64,000 bases of DNA from an uncultured Gemmatimonadales bacterium (GCA_963798915.1 CAWCVB010000014.1:147413-211412), one strand, 5' to 3'; shown: positions 19,042 through 30,018, counted from the first letter of the stretch. Numbers and translations: made by a program. Notes: generated from the sequence alone by a model not told the origin.

Positions 19042-19992
19042 ATGACTCCAGAGCTCCGCGGTCTTCACCACGTAACCGCCATCTCGGCCCAAATCCGCGA
19101 CAATCACCGCTTCTACACGCGCGACCTCGGCATGCGGCTGGTCAAGCGCAGCGTCAACCAGGACGATGTGAGCGCTTGGCACCTTTTCTATGCCGATGCC
19201 AAGGGTACGCCCGGTACCGACCTCACCTTCTTTGACTGGCCGGTGCCGGCCGAGCGTCGCGGTACCCGCTCCATCAGCCGCATCCATCTGCGCGTGGCCG
19301 GGAACGCCGCGCTCGAGTGGTGGGCCGGCCGGCTGGCGGAGGCACCAGTCCGCGCGCAGCCGATCACCGAACGCGATGGGCGGCTCACGCTGGAGTTCGA
19401 GGACGCCGAGGGACAACGCCTGGCCCTGGTGGCGGATGACGGCGAGAGTGAGGTCTTTCCCTGGGAGCGGAGCAGCGTGCCCGCGGAGCACCAGATTCGG
19501 GGCCTCGGGGCCGTGCAGTTGAGTGTACCGGAGCTGGGTCCAACCGATGCGCTGCTTCATCAACTGGGAATGCGCCCCGTTCGAGAGTATTCGGACTCTG
19601 CGCATGCCGGCCGGCTGGTGCACGTCTACGAGATGGGACCGGGAGGCGCAGGAGCGGAACTGCACCTCGTGGAACAGCCCGAGCTTCCGCCCACCCGGCT
19701 GGGCGCCGGAGGCGTCCACCACGTCGCCTTCAGGGCGGCCGACGCGGAGTACGATGCCTGGGCGGAACGGCTCAACAGGCTCGGCATCCGCAACAGCGGC
19801 AAGGTGGACCGCTACTGGTTCCGCAGCCTCTACTTTCGCGAGCCCAATGGCATTCTCTTCGAAATCGCGACCGAAGGTCCGGGCTTCGGCGTGGATGAGG
19901 ACCCTGCGACCCTCGGCGAGAGCATCGTGCTCGCCCCGTTTCTCGAATCCCGCCGGCAGGCCATCGTCGCAGGGCTCAAGCCGATTGACTGA
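19042..19992 (+). CDS. Ring-cleaving dioxygenase / two-domain VOC protein (MhqA/MhqO-like)
   Basis: GLHHVTAI, LVKRSVNQDD, GTDLTFF, VHHVAF, DRYWFRSLYFREPNGILFEIAT. Confidence 0.9.
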   Translation: MTPELRGLHHVTAISAQIRDNHRFYTRDLGMRLVKRSVNQDDVSAWHLFYADAKGTPGTDLTFFDWPVPAERRGTRSISRIHLRVAGNAALEWWAGRLAEAPVRAQPITERDGRLTLEFEDAEGQRLALVADDGESEVFPWERSSVPAEHQIRGLGAVQLSVPELGPTDALLHQLGMRPVREYSDSAHAGRLVHVYEMGPGGAGAELHLVEQPELPPTRLGAGGVHHVAFRAADAEYDAWAERLNRLGIRNSGKVDRYWFRSLYFREPNGILFEIATEGPGFGVDEDPATLGESIVLAPFLESRRQAIVAGLKPID

Positions 19993-20001
19993 GCCGGACC
20001 C

Positions 20002-21699
20002 TCAGTGTGCATCGGGTGCGCTCGTCCCGCAGATCTCCAGCGCGCGGCGCACCATGGTAAGGGCCAACTCGTGCTCACCCATCACCGCCAGACCGGTGCC
20101 GTTGGTCTCCAGCCAGACACGTTCCTCCTCGCTGTGCGTGCGGATCACTGCAGGGATCGTCGGGTTGAACCGCCTCGCGATCTCCGCGATGGCGCGTGCC
20201 TGATAGGGATCGGGTGCGGCGATCAGGAGCAGCTTTGCGCGCTGCGGCTCGGCGATCTCGAGCACAGCGCTCCGCGCTGCGTTGCCGAACACGGCACGCA
20301 TTCCCCGTTCCGCCACCGCTTCAAACGCCGCCCGGTTCTGCTCCACCACTACGAACGGGATCTGCTGTTCCAGCAAGGCCTCGGCGATGGTGCCGCCCAC
20401 CCGGCCGAACCCAACCAGGATGACATGCTGCTCCAGCTGCTGCGCGTTCAGCCGGGCATCGGGTGGTTCATGGCTGTTTCGTTCGAGGAAGCCGGTCAGG
20501 CGGGGGTGGCCTTCCAGCCAATGTTCCGCGGCGGTGGCAAGCGAGAAGGCGAGCGGATTGACCGCGATGGTGAGCAGCGCGCCGGCCACGATGAGGGTTT
20601 GCCCGGCTGGCGGCAGGATGCCGAGGGACACGGCGAGGGCCGCGAGGATGAAGGAGAATTCGCCGATCTGGGCGAGACTGGCAGCAAGCGTGAGTGCGGT
20701 GTGAATCGGATACCGGAAGAGAACAACAATGACGAAGGCGCCGAGACTCTTGCCAGCGAGAATGATCAGCACCACGGCCAGTACCTGAAGCGGCCGGTGC
20801 AGCAGGACCGCCGGGTCAAAGAGCATGCCGACCGCGACAAAGAACAGGACGGAGAAGGCATCCTGCAGCGGGAGCGCATCGGCCGCGGCTTCGTGACTCA
20901 GGTCCGAGCCGTTGACCACCATGCCGGCAAAGAATGCTCCCAGTGCGACCGACACTCCAAACAGAGCAGCCGCTCCGACAGCGGTGCCCATGGCCACGGT
21001 GAAGATGGACAGCGTGAAGAGTTCGCGTGATCCGGTACGGGCAACCCGCGTCAACAGCCACGGCACCAGCCGGCGTCCGACGGCGAACATCAGGCCAATG
21101 AAGAGCGCGACCTTGCCAATGGTGAGCAGGATCGTCCCGGCCAGCAGGGAACCGTTCGCGGCCGGGCCACCGGCGAGCGGAGCCGCCAGCGCGGGCAGCA
21201 GCACCAGCGCCAGCACCGCCGCAAGGTCTTCGACCACCAGCCAGCCCAGTGCGATCCGGCCATCGGCGGTGTCAAGACGGGCGCGATCCTCCAGCGCCCG
21301 CAGAAGCACCACGGTGCTCGCGACCGACAAGCACAAGCCAAAGACCAACCCTGAGGTCCAGGGCCAGCCCCAAAGCCGCGCCACGATGGCGCCGAATGCG
21401 GTGGCGAGTCCGATCTGCGCCGCCGCGCCCGGCACCGCAATGGTGCGGACGGCGAGCAGGTCACCGAGCGAGAATTGAAGTCCCACACCGAACATCAGCA
21501 GGATGACGCCAACTTCGGCCAGCTGCTGCGCCAGCCCGATGTCGGCGGTGAATCCTGGCGTGTGCGGACCGATCAGGACCCCAGCCACCAGATAACCCAC
21601 CAGGGGAGGCAGCCGGAGCCGCAGCGCAAGCAGCCCCAGCAGGAAGGCCAGGCCCAGTCCGGTCGCGATCGTGGCGATGAGTGCCGTCTGATGCGGCAT
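20002..21699 (-). CDS. ybaL: CPA2 monovalent cation:proton antiporter with TrkA-N domain (YbaL/RosB)
   Basis: LAEVGVILLMFGVGL, SVASTVV, LVVEDL, QIGEFSF, GFGRVG. Confidence 0.9.
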   Translation of the reverse strand: MPHQTALIATIATGLGLAFLLGLLALRLRLPPLVGYLVAGVLIGPHTPGFTADIGLAQQLAEVGVILLMFGVGLQFSLGDLLAVRTIAVPGAAAQIGLATAFGAIVARLWGWPWTSGLVFGLCLSVASTVVLLRALEDRARLDTADGRIALGWLVVEDLAAVLALVLLPALAAPLAGGPAANGSLLAGTILLTIGKVALFIGLMFAVGRRLVPWLLTRVARTGSRELFTLSIFTVAMGTAVGAAALFGVSVALGAFFAGMVVNGSDLSHEAAADALPLQDAFSVLFFVAVGMLFDPAVLLHRPLQVLAVVLIILAGKSLGAFVIVVLFRYPIHTALTLAASLAQIGEFSFILAALAVSLGILPPAGQTLIVAGALLTIAVNPLAFSLATAAEHWLEGHPRLTGFLERNSHEPPDARLNAQQLEQHVILVGFGRVGGTIAEALLEQQIPFVVVEQNRAAFEAVAERGMRAVFGNAARSAVLEIAEPQRAKLLLIAAPDPYQARAIAEIARRFNPTIPAVIRTHSEEERVWLETNGTGLAVMGEHELALTMVRRALEICGTSAPDAH

Positions 21700-21870
21700 C
21701 GTGAGCTCTTGGAGGGGTGGAGACGTGGGTGGCTTGCGCCCGTACGCCGGCAAAGATAACGTGGCATGACGGGCGCAGGCGGTGAGCGTACCCCGTGCGT
21801 GCGCCATTCAACCGCATTTTGACGAGCTCGGCCGCGCCGGTTCACTGCGTTGCTGGCTCGGGAGGGATAT

Positions 21871-22371
21871 ATGTCCGATGCGTCCCAGCCCGGTTTCTCC
21901 GGAGTCCTCCAGCCCGACTCGCCGGCCCCCGACTTTACCCTGCAGGACGGTCCCGACCGCACCATCTCACTGCGCGACTGGCGAGGGCATCCGGTGGTCC
22001 TGGCCTTCTACCCGGCAGATTTCAGTCCCGTCTGCGGCGACCAGATCGCACTCTACAATGAGCTGCTTCCCCAATTTGAAGCCCACGACGCGAAGATTGC
22101 CGGCATCTCCGTCGACGGCGTCTGGTGCCACGCTGCCTTTGCCAAGGCGCGCAACATCCACTTCCCGCTGCTGAGCGATTTCGAGCCCAAGGGCGAGATT
22201 GCCCGCCGCTACGGCGCGTATCGTGATGCAGACGGCGTCTGCGAGCGGGCGCTCTTCGTGCTTGACGCGGAGGGTGTCATTCAGTGGAGCTATCTCTCGC
22301 CCATCGGCGAGAACCCGGGCGCAGACGGAATTCTGACGGCGCTCGAGTCGCTTGCGGTCCGGCGCGCGTGA
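21871..22371 (+). CDS. AhpC/TSA-family peroxiredoxin/redoxin
   Basis: APDFTL, FYPADFSPVC, LLSDF, ERALFV; GGAGG RBS. Confidence 0.88.
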   Translation: MSDASQPGFSGVLQPDSPAPDFTLQDGPDRTISLRDWRGHPVVLAFYPADFSPVCGDQIALYNELLPQFEAHDAKIAGISVDGVWCHAAFAKARNIHFPLLSDFEPKGEIARRYGAYRDADGVCERALFVLDAEGVIQWSYLSPIGENPGADGILTALESLAVRRA

Positions 22372-22928
22372 CCACGGGGCTCACGCGAGCAGTCAGCTCC
22401 AGGGATCATGTCGAGGGACCCGCGGATGCGCCGGTCACGCTGGTCGAGTACGGCGACTTCGAGTGCCCGCATTGCGGTCGGGCCTATCCGGTAGTGCAGG
22501 CAGTCCAGCAACGGCTGGGCCGGAAGCTCCGCTTTGTTTTCCGTCATTTTCCGTTGCGCGAATCTCATACGCACGCGGAGCACGCCGCTGAGGCCGCGGA
22601 AACGGCCGGCGCGCACGGCGAGTTCTGGGCCATGCACGACATGCTTTTCGAGCACCAGGACCGCCTCGATGACGACGCCTTGGCGGAATATGCCGGCCGG
22701 ATCGGCCTGGACCCGGACGAAGTCGCCGAGCATCTCGCCAGCGGCGCCCATGAGTCGAGGGTGCGTGAAGATTTCATGGACGGCGTGCGGAGCGGCGTGA
22801 ACGGGACGCCCACATTCTTCATCAATGGCACTCGATTTGACGGCGACTGGTCGACGGCCGACACATTCGTTCAGGCGCTGCAGGACCCAGCGGGCACGCA
22901 GCACGGGGAGCCGCGCAGCCAGACGTGA
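22368..22928 (+). CDS. DsbA-family thiol-disulfide oxidoreductase
   Basis: YGDFECPHC, FRHFPL, GVNGTPTFFING; GTGA overlap with upstream gene. Confidence 0.9.
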   Translation: MTTGLTRAVSSRDHVEGPADAPVTLVEYGDFECPHCGRAYPVVQAVQQRLGRKLRFVFRHFPLRESHTHAEHAAEAAETAGAHGEFWAMHDMLFEHQDRLDDDALAEYAGRIGLDPDEVAEHLASGAHESRVREDFMDGVRSGVNGTPTFFINGTRFDGDWSTADTFVQALQDPAGTQHGEPRSQT

Positions 22929-23569
22929 ACGCTCCCGTGCAAGGTGAGCTGGCCGGTTTTGTGCACCGCTTTGTTCCGCCGGATGCGATGGCCGGACCGC
23001 ACTCGGGCACCACGCTGCTGCTTCTTCACGGCACTGGTGGGGACGAAGATGACCTCATTCCGCTGGGGCGGGCGCTCGCGCCGGGCGCGGCATTGCTGAG
23101 CCCTCGCGGCAGTGTGCTTGAACTCGGGGCCCCGCGATTCTTCCGGCGCCTGACCGAGGGCGTCTTTGACATGGAGGACCTGCGGGTCCGCACGGCGGAA
23201 CTCGCTGAGTTCATAGCCGAGGCCAGCGACCGTTACGCGCTGGAGAGCGACAACCTCGTCGCTGTCGGTTTTTCCAACGGTGCGAACATCCTCGCCAGCA
23301 TGCTGCTGCGTGGGCAAGGAGGACTCCGCCGTGCGGTGCTGCTGAGCCCGATGCTGCCGTATGAACCTGCGGACGTGGCCGACCTCCATGGTACGCGGGT
23401 CTTCATCGGCGCCGGGGCCGCCGACCCGATCGCGCCCGCACCTCAGGTGGATCACCTGGCGCAGGTGCTGCGCTCGGCTGGCGCTGAGGTGGCGCTCGAC
23501 TGGCAGCCGGGTGGCCACTCCATCACGACGGCGGAAGTGGAGGCGGCGCGCCGCTGGATCGGCGAGTGA
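22925..23569 (+). CDS. Phospholipase/carboxylesterase (MhqD-like alpha/beta hydrolase)
   Basis: LLLHGTGG, RFFRR, GFSNG nucleophile, D and GH catalytic positions. Confidence 0.88.
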   Translation: MNAPVQGELAGFVHRFVPPDAMAGPHSGTTLLLLHGTGGDEDDLIPLGRALAPGAALLSPRGSVLELGAPRFFRRLTEGVFDMEDLRVRTAELAEFIAEASDRYALESDNLVAVGFSNGANILASMLLRGQGGLRRAVLLSPMLPYEPADVADLHGTRVFIGAGAADPIAPAPQVDHLAQVLRSAGAEVALDWQPGGHSITTAEVEAARRWIGE

Positions 23570-23597
23570 TTGTCCAACGCTGAGAGTGGAGGATGCC

Positions 23598-23942
23598 ATG
23601 AGTAACGTGCGGGCTGCCCGGGGAGTGGCGGCCGGTCTGGCCGTGGTGCTGGTCCTGGCGGCGTGCCGGAGCAGCGGCGCCGAGTGGACGACCGTGACGT
23701 CGACGCCTGACGGATCCGGCCCGACGCTGCACATCACGGGCATCATCCGCTACTCGGAGGTTGAGGGCGGGGTGTACACCATTCTCTCAGCCGACAGTGT
23801 CACCTACAATCCCATCAACCTGCCGGCTGCGTACCAGCGGGACGGTCTGGCCATCGAGGCCGAGGGCCGTACCCGCAATGACATGGCCGGGATTCACCAG
23901 GTGGGGCCGCTGCTCGAAATGCAGCGGATTCGGCGGCGGTGA
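23598..23942 (+). CDS. Small hypothetical lipoprotein
   Basis: GGAGG RBS, lipobox LAAC. Confidence 0.65.
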   Translation: MSNVRAARGVAAGLAVVLVLAACRSSGAEWTTVTSTPDGSGPTLHITGIIRYSEVEGGVYTILSADSVTYNPINLPAAYQRDGLAIEAEGRTRNDMAGIHQVGPLLEMQRIRRR

Positions 23943-24005
23943 GCCGGCGGCTTCGCTTGTCGTCACGCCCCCGCGGCTGGGGGCGGCGTGGCACGGGTGT
24001 CGAGT

Positions 24006-24599
24006 GTGAACGTGCCACCTGAAGGAGAGGGCGGGCACTGGGTCGTTGCGCGCATCGGACCGTCTGGCTTCCGGACGGAGCTGGAGGCCCGATCGCACGG
24101 ACTCGTCGCCGACGAGCCAGTGCCGCTTGGCGGAACAGACCGTGGTCCGACTCCTTATGAGCTGCTGCTCGGGGCGCTGGGCAGCTGCACCGCGATGACG
24201 CTGCGGATGTATGCCGACCGCAAGGAATGGCCGCTGGAGACCGTCGAGGTCCGACTCCGCACCAGCCATTCGCACGAAACCGACTGCGCCGAGTGCGAGG
24301 TGGCAGATGTTGGCATCACCACGCTGGAGCGGGAGATCGACTTCACCGGTGCGCTCAACGACGAGCAGCGCGGCCGGTTGCTGGAGATTGCCGATCGTTG
24401 CCCCGTCAAGCAGACGCTCGAACGCGGCGTGCGATCGGCGGAGGCGCTTGAACGCAACGCTCCGGGTCAGCCCGCGGCGTACAGGTCCGCGCGTGTGGGC
24501 GGAAGCGGCACCATCCCCTCCGCATCCGGGCGGGCCAGCAGCGCCTGCACTAGTCCCAGCCGTCCGGCGGCAAACTGCCTGGCCGAATTGGCCATGTAG
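24006..24599 (+). CDS. OsmC-family protein (3' end overlaps cfa; true stop probably earlier)
   Basis: ADEP, GPTPYELLLGALGSC, YADRK, RCPV. Confidence 0.8.
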   Translation: MNVPPEGEGGHWVVARIGPSGFRTELEARSHGLVADEPVPLGGTDRGPTPYELLLGALGSCTAMTLRMYADRKEWPLETVEVRLRTSHSHETDCAECEVADVGITTLEREIDFTGALNDEQRGRLLEIADRCPVKQTLERGVRSAEALERNAPGQPAAYRSARVGGSGTIPSASGRASSACTSPSRPAANCLAELAM

Positions 24600-25847
24600 A
24601 TGCGCCAGGTGCGATACGTCTCAGCGGAGGTGAGCGCCATCGCCTCCTCGCGCGCATGCTCCAGTCTCCGCACCCAGTGTCGCAGCGTCAGCGCGTAGTG
24701 CTCCCGGAGCGACTCAACGTCGCGCGTCTCGAAGCCCTGCCGCTCAGCCACCGCAAGCATCGGCCCCAGCAAGGGCAGCTGGCCATCGGGGAACACGTGG
24801 CGGTCGGTGAAGCGGCCTTCCCGCCACAGTCGCTTCCGGATGCCGCGCTTTCCGCTGGCCGGGTCCTGACCGCTCACGATGCAGTGATTCAGGAAGAGGC
24901 CGCCGGGCCGGAGCGCGGCCCACGCGGCCGCGAAATAGTCGGCCAGCCGCTCGCGGCCCACATGCTCGCACATGCCCACGCTCACCACCTTGTCGAAGGG
25001 CGGGAGCCCGGCCAGTGAGCGATAGTCACGCACCTCCACGATGCATCGATCGGCCAAGCCCGCATCCCGGATCCGGTCGCTCGCCCAGTCAGCCTGCGAC
25101 GGGCTGAGCGTGATGCCGAAGGCCTGGACGCCGTATTCTCTTGCGGCATGGAGAATCAGTCCGCCCCAGCCACAGCCGATGTCCAGCAGGCGCTCGCCAG
25201 AACGAAGCCTCAGCTTGCGACAGATGTGATCGAGCTTGGCCCGCTGGGCCTCTGCCAGGGATTCCACTCCGGTCGGGAAACAGGCGCAGGAGTAGACCAT
25301 CGCCGGGTCGAGCCAGAGCGCATAGAACTCATTGCCCAGATCGTAGTGCGACTGAATCGCTTCGGCGTCGCGCCGCAGGCTGTGACGCCGGCCCGTGCGC
25401 CGACCTGAACGGATGGCTGGCTTCTCGCGCGCCGGAGGCCGCGGGAGTCGCCGGACCAGCCGCAGCGCCCGGAGCGCGAAGCGGAGGGAACTGAAGCGAT
25501 CGCGCAGGGACTCACCCAGGTCGCGTTGCCTTCTCGAGATCGCCCTCGATCTCGAACTCACCTCCCACGAAGGCCTCGCCGAGCCGCAGCTGGGACGGTG
25601 GAAGCAACATCGCACGCAGTGAAGAGGGTCGGAGCAGGACCAAAGTGAATTGCGGAGACCGCCCGGGCGGTGCGTCGACCGTGCCTGTGTCCCAGAAGCG
25701 AACCGCAAAGGTCCGGCGCTCGACCGGCCCGAACAGGAACGACAATGCAGCGCGGGTGTGGGCGAGTGCGCCTGACGCCCCGGGCCGGGCAGGCTGTGCG
25801 GCAGGTGCGGGCTGACGGCGAACGGACTGCGAAACTACGCTGCTCAT
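24467..25847 (-). pseudogene. cfa: Cyclopropane-fatty-acyl-phospholipid synthase, split by one frameshift at ~25525 (possible sequencing error)
   Basis: N-part VRFWD..LGEAFVGGEFEIEGDL (25512..25847); C-part HYDLGNEFY, LDIGCGWG, SVGMCEHVG, HYALTL. Confidence 0.85.
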
Positions 25848-25945
25848 GGTTTCCTCCCGGCCGCGCCCAGCCGGCGCGGCCGTTGCTCAACTTGTCTTTC
25901 AGGCTCGCATGGAACGCGTCATCACGCAAGCACCCCTCGCGGAGT

Positions 25946-26311
25946 GTCCCGCACCTCGGGGAAGGCGCGGCCATCTTCAATACCGGCTCGGTGACCGGCA
26001 TTGAGGGCAGTCCTGGCTTGGTGGACTACTCGACGACCAAGGGAGCAATTCACACGTTCACGCGCTCATTGTCGGAAAACTTGCTGCAGAAGGGAATTCG
26101 GGGGAGTGCGGTGGCGCCCGGGCCGATATGGACGCCGCTCAACCCTTCGGACGTACCGCCGGGGAAGGTGGCGAAATTCGGGGCTTCGGTACCGATGGGG
26201 CGGCCGGCACAACCAGAGGAACGGGCGCCCGCCTACGTGTTTCTCGCGGCCCCCAGTTGCTCCAGCTACATCACCGGGGAGATCCTGCCGGTCATCGGAG
26301 GATATTCGTGA
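25946..26311 (+). pseudogene. C-terminal remnant of a short-chain dehydrogenase/reductase
   Basis: NTGS, YSTTK, VAPGPIWTP, YITGE present; no N-terminal TGxxxGIG and no room for it before the cfa start. Confidence 0.8.
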
Positions 26312-26320
26312 AGACGCCCC

Positions 26321-26773
26321 TCAGACTCCCTTTTCTGCCAGCAGCTCCAGAAATTGCGCTGGCGACTGCACCTCGCCCAGGCGACCCGGTACATCGGTCT
26401 CCTTGACCAGCTGTGCGATGCGTCCCAGAACCGGGAGGTAATCGTTGGAGATCTCGATCGGCGGGGCCACCAGGAGAAAGACGTAGAAGACAGGCTGGCT
26501 ATCGACCGCGTCAAATTCAACGCCGGCGGGCTGGCGACCGAACACGATGCGGAGCTGGTTCACCACGGCGGTACGGCAATGCGGGATGGCAACGCCACGG
26601 CCGATGCCGGTCGAGCCGAGGTGCTCCCGCCGCTGGAGAACGCGGAGCACGAACGTTTCGTCGGCGGAAGCAAGGCCCAGGCTGGCAACCAGGGCTGCCA
26701 GCACTTCGTCCTTTGAAGCTCCGGTCAACTGCAGATGAATGTCGGATTCGCGGACGAAATCACTCAGGACCAT
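26321..26773 (-). CDS. PTS EIIA domain protein (PtsN/fructose-type)
   Basis: REHLGSTGIGRGVAIPH, FDAVD. Confidence 0.88.
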   Translation of the reverse strand: MVLSDFVRESDIHLQLTGASKDEVLAALVASLGLASADETFVLRVLQRREHLGSTGIGRGVAIPHCRTAVVNQLRIVFGRQPAGVEFDAVDSQPVFYVFLLVAPPIEISNDYLPVLGRIAQLVKETDVPGRLGEVQSPAQFLELLAEKGV

Positions 26774-26858
26774 GACAGCTGGACTCCGGCGTGGATGGGC
26801 GGGCAACGAACCGGGAAGTATGAAGCAGAACGGGTGCCGGGGGAAGTGGTGTGCCGGC

Positions 26859-28220
26859 TCAGTGCAGCGCTTCGGCCAGCGGAGGATCGAGAGCGTAGAT
26901 GTCGCCGAGGTACTCAACCTCCCCGTCTGGCCTGGCGACAGCGGTCACATAGACGATCACCACAGGTATCGGCCGGCTGATCTGGACCCGGATGGTTTCC
27001 GGACCGTCCAGTGCCTCGCGCACACGCTCCGGTGTCCAGTCCGGCTCATCCTGCAGGACCCACTCCGCCAGTTGTCCCGCCTGCTCCACCCGGATGCAGC
27101 CATGGCTCAGGTCCCGGCGTTCCCTGGCGAACAGCTCGGGGGAAGGGGTGTCATGCAAGTACACGCTGGCCGCGTTCGGGAAGAGAAACTTGACTCTGCC
27201 CAGCGCGTTGCTGCGTGACGGTCGCTGCCGAAGGCTGTAGGTGCCTCGCGCAATCGCGTCAATCAGCTCCGGGCTGCCCCAGTCACCCACCACCTCCTCG
27301 CGGCCATTCACGGCTTCCATCTGGTGGGCCCGGAGGTAGCCGGAGTTCTTGCGAAGCGCTGGCAGAATTTCGCCGGTCGCGATGCTTCGCGGAATATTCC
27401 AGTAGGGCCAGAACTCCACCCTGGTTATCTGGCCCATCAGCACCGGCGTACGGGTCTTGTCCGCGTCGCCGACGATGACCCGTGACTCCAGGGCGGAATG
27501 AAAGTCGACGCCGGCTCGCTCCAACGCGAAGAGTGTGTACGACGGCACGTTCACGACCACCAGCCGCTGTGCCGGATCCCGAGGCAGCCAGCGAAGCCGT
27601 TCCAGCGCGAGTTGGAGCTTGAGGATGCGGGATGCTTCGGAAGCATTCGTCGTGACATGGCGGGCCTGCTCCTGGCGCAGCGCCTGCTGGAGCCGCCGAT
27701 ACTGGGCGAACGGCGGCTGCATCTCACGCTCCAGCTCCGCGATGCTGTCGGCCGCGAGAGCTCGAAGCAGCATCAGCGCCAGCTCGTCGCCGGCCAGGGT
27801 GTCGCGAGTGAGGGCGGATGGCCGGGCTCGGCCGAGCCGGAGGTCATGCATGTACGCCAGCAGGCCGCGGGTGAGCGCGACATCTGCATCAGCCAGACGG
27901 GCGGCTCCGACCGCAAGCGCCGCCCACGGTGACTCCGCCGAATCCAGCCGCGATACGTCGTAGTGGGCTGGATCGAGTCCATGCTCGGCGCTCCGGCGCA
28001 GGAGCGCGAGTGCCTCCTGGCCTGCATGGTTGAGGCCGCTGGCGCCAGTCCAGCGCGGCCTGAACCCACCGCTCCGGTAGAACGTCTCGACTTGAGGATC
28101 GATCGGGCGCGCGCGGTCGAGCGCCGCCGAAATCAGGGTTGAATCGGCATCCTGCGCCAGCAGGGCTGAAGGCGTGGCCAGGAGCACGCCGGCAAGAAGC
28201 AGTAAGGAGCGGGCAGTCAT
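26859..28220 (-). CDS. L,D-transpeptidase (YcbB/LdtD-like)
   Basis: LERLRW, VNVP, NALGRVKFLFPN, YLHDTP, SHGCIRV; signal peptide. Confidence 0.9.
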   Translation of the reverse strand: MTARSLLLLAGVLLATPSALLAQDADSTLISAALDRARPIDPQVETFYRSGGFRPRWTGASGLNHAGQEALALLRRSAEHGLDPAHYDVSRLDSAESPWAALAVGAARLADADVALTRGLLAYMHDLRLGRARPSALTRDTLAGDELALMLLRALAADSIAELEREMQPPFAQYRRLQQALRQEQARHVTTNASEASRILKLQLALERLRWLPRDPAQRLVVVNVPSYTLFALERAGVDFHSALESRVIVGDADKTRTPVLMGQITRVEFWPYWNIPRSIATGEILPALRKNSGYLRAHQMEAVNGREEVVGDWGSPELIDAIARGTYSLRQRPSRSNALGRVKFLFPNAASVYLHDTPSPELFARERRDLSHGCIRVEQAGQLAEWVLQDEPDWTPERVREALDGPETIRVQISRPIPVVIVYVTAVARPDGEVEYLGDIYALDPPLAEALH

Positions 28221-28380
28221 CGCATTGTCCTGCCTGGAGGATACCGCCCCAAGGATGAAGCAGGGGTGAAGCCCGGCGCAAAGGCGCTTCAGGTCATCGG
28301 TTGGTTCCGTCGGCGTGAGGGAAGTAACTTGCACCTGCCCCCCGATCCGGAGCCAGCGAAAACCCGTGCAAGGGACACCA

Positions 28381-29991
28381 ATGGACCGACGCGCCTTCGT
28401 CGTCTCATCCAGCGCCGCGATCACGGCCGTTGCATCACCCGCACTGATTCGCGTCCAGCGCCACGACCATGACCTGATCATTCGTGGAGGGTCGGTCTTC
28501 GATGGTCTCGGCGCCGGGCCCGTCGAGCAGGACCTGGCAATCAGTCAGGGGCGAATTGTCGGCCTTGCCACGCGGATTTCCGGCCGAGCCGCGCACGAAA
28601 TCGATGCCAGTGGCCTTGCAGTAGCACCGGGATTCATTGACATCCATTCGCATGTGGATGGTTCACTCCGGGCGGACTGGCGCGCCGAATCCGCCATTCG
28701 CCAGGGCATCACCACGATCGTCGCCGGCCAGGATGGCAGTTCGCAGGCAACCGGTGCCACCGATGACTCCTTTGCCGCGATGCTTCGCGACATTGAGACG
28801 CTGACACCGGCCGTCAATGTCGCTTCGATGGTTGGGCTTGGGTCCATCCGGGGCAAGGTGATCGGGAATGACGATCGGCCGGCGACACCCGCCGAAGTTG
28901 CAGCGATGACTGCGATGGTGGAACGCTCGCTGGCTGACGGCGCCTGCGGGGCCTCGTCGGGCCTGGAGTATACCCCGGGGGGTTTTGCGTCCAGGGAGGA
29001 ACTCGTCGCGCTCTGCCGGCCGCTGGCGGGCCGGAAGCTTCCCTACGCCACCCACATGCGCAATGAGGACGATCATGTCCTTGAGGCAATCGACGAGGCC
29101 ATTGCCGTGGCCGAGGGCGCGCACTGCCCGCTGGAGATATCCCACCTCAAGATGCAAGGGCAGGCAAACTGGTCGAAACTCGACGATGCCTTCGCCCGCA
29201 TCTCGGCCGCCAACGGCCGTGGCATGGACGTGACGTTCGATCGGTATCCCTACCTGGCCTATTCCACCGGACTCACCAACCTGTTCCCGATCTGGAGTCG
29301 CGATGGTGGCATCGCCGCCTTTCTGGGTCGGCTCGACGATCCCTCGGTTGCGCCGCGCATCCGGGAGGCGACCCTGGCCAAGGTGGCGGGACTGGGCGGC
29401 TGGGATCATGTCGAAGTGACGTCAGTACGCGATTCAGCTGATCGCGCGGTCGAAGGAGCCCGGCTCGGCAGCTTCGCCGCATCATTGGGCCAGGATCCCT
29501 ACCAGACGGCCGTGGCGCTGCTCCGGCGCAGCAATGGGGGCGTGGGCATGGTCGGCTTTGCCATGAGTGAGGCAAATCTCGAGCGCATCCTCGCCCATCC
29601 ACTCGCAACGGTCTGCACCGACGGCAGCGGCTTTGCGATTGATGGCCCCACCAGGCGGGGCAGCCCCCATCCCAGGGGCGTCGGGAGCTGCGCGCGGGTG
29701 CTGGGTCGCTACGTGCGGGAGCGGAAAGCGCTCACCCTGCCGGACGCGATCGCGAAGATGTCCTCGCACGTGGCTCGGCGGCTGAAGCTTCGAGATCGCG
29801 GACGGCTGGCGACCGGGCTGGCCGGCGACGTGGTGGTCTTCGATCCCGCGACCATTGCCGACGTGGCCACCTTCGAGAATCCCTTCCAGTACCCGGCCGG
29901 GATGCGCGCGGTGATCGTCAACGGCGTTGTGGCCCTGGAAGCGGGCGAGCGGCGGGGCCGGGGCGAGGGCCGCGCGCTGCGCCCGGCCTGA
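28381..29991 (+). CDS. N-acyl-D-amino-acid deacylase (amidohydrolase), probable Tat substrate
   Basis: MDRRAF twin-Arg; APGFIDIHSH, THMR, ISHLK, PHPR. Confidence 0.88.
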   Translation: MDRRAFVVSSSAAITAVASPALIRVQRHDHDLIIRGGSVFDGLGAGPVEQDLAISQGRIVGLATRISGRAAHEIDASGLAVAPGFIDIHSHVDGSLRADWRAESAIRQGITTIVAGQDGSSQATGATDDSFAAMLRDIETLTPAVNVASMVGLGSIRGKVIGNDDRPATPAEVAAMTAMVERSLADGACGASSGLEYTPGGFASREELVALCRPLAGRKLPYATHMRNEDDHVLEAIDEAIAVAEGAHCPLEISHLKMQGQANWSKLDDAFARISAANGRGMDVTFDRYPYLAYSTGLTNLFPIWSRDGGIAAFLGRLDDPSVAPRIREATLAKVAGLGGWDHVEVTSVRDSADRAVEGARLGSFAASLGQDPYQTAVALLRRSNGGVGMVGFAMSEANLERILAHPLATVCTDGSGFAIDGPTRRGSPHPRGVGSCARVLGRYVRERKALTLPDAIAKMSSHVARRLKLRDRGRLATGLAGDVVVFDPATIADVATFENPFQYPAGMRAVIVNGVVALEAGERRGRGEGRALRPA

Positions 29992-30018
29992 CATCGCTGC
30001 CCGGCCCGCCGCCGCCCA

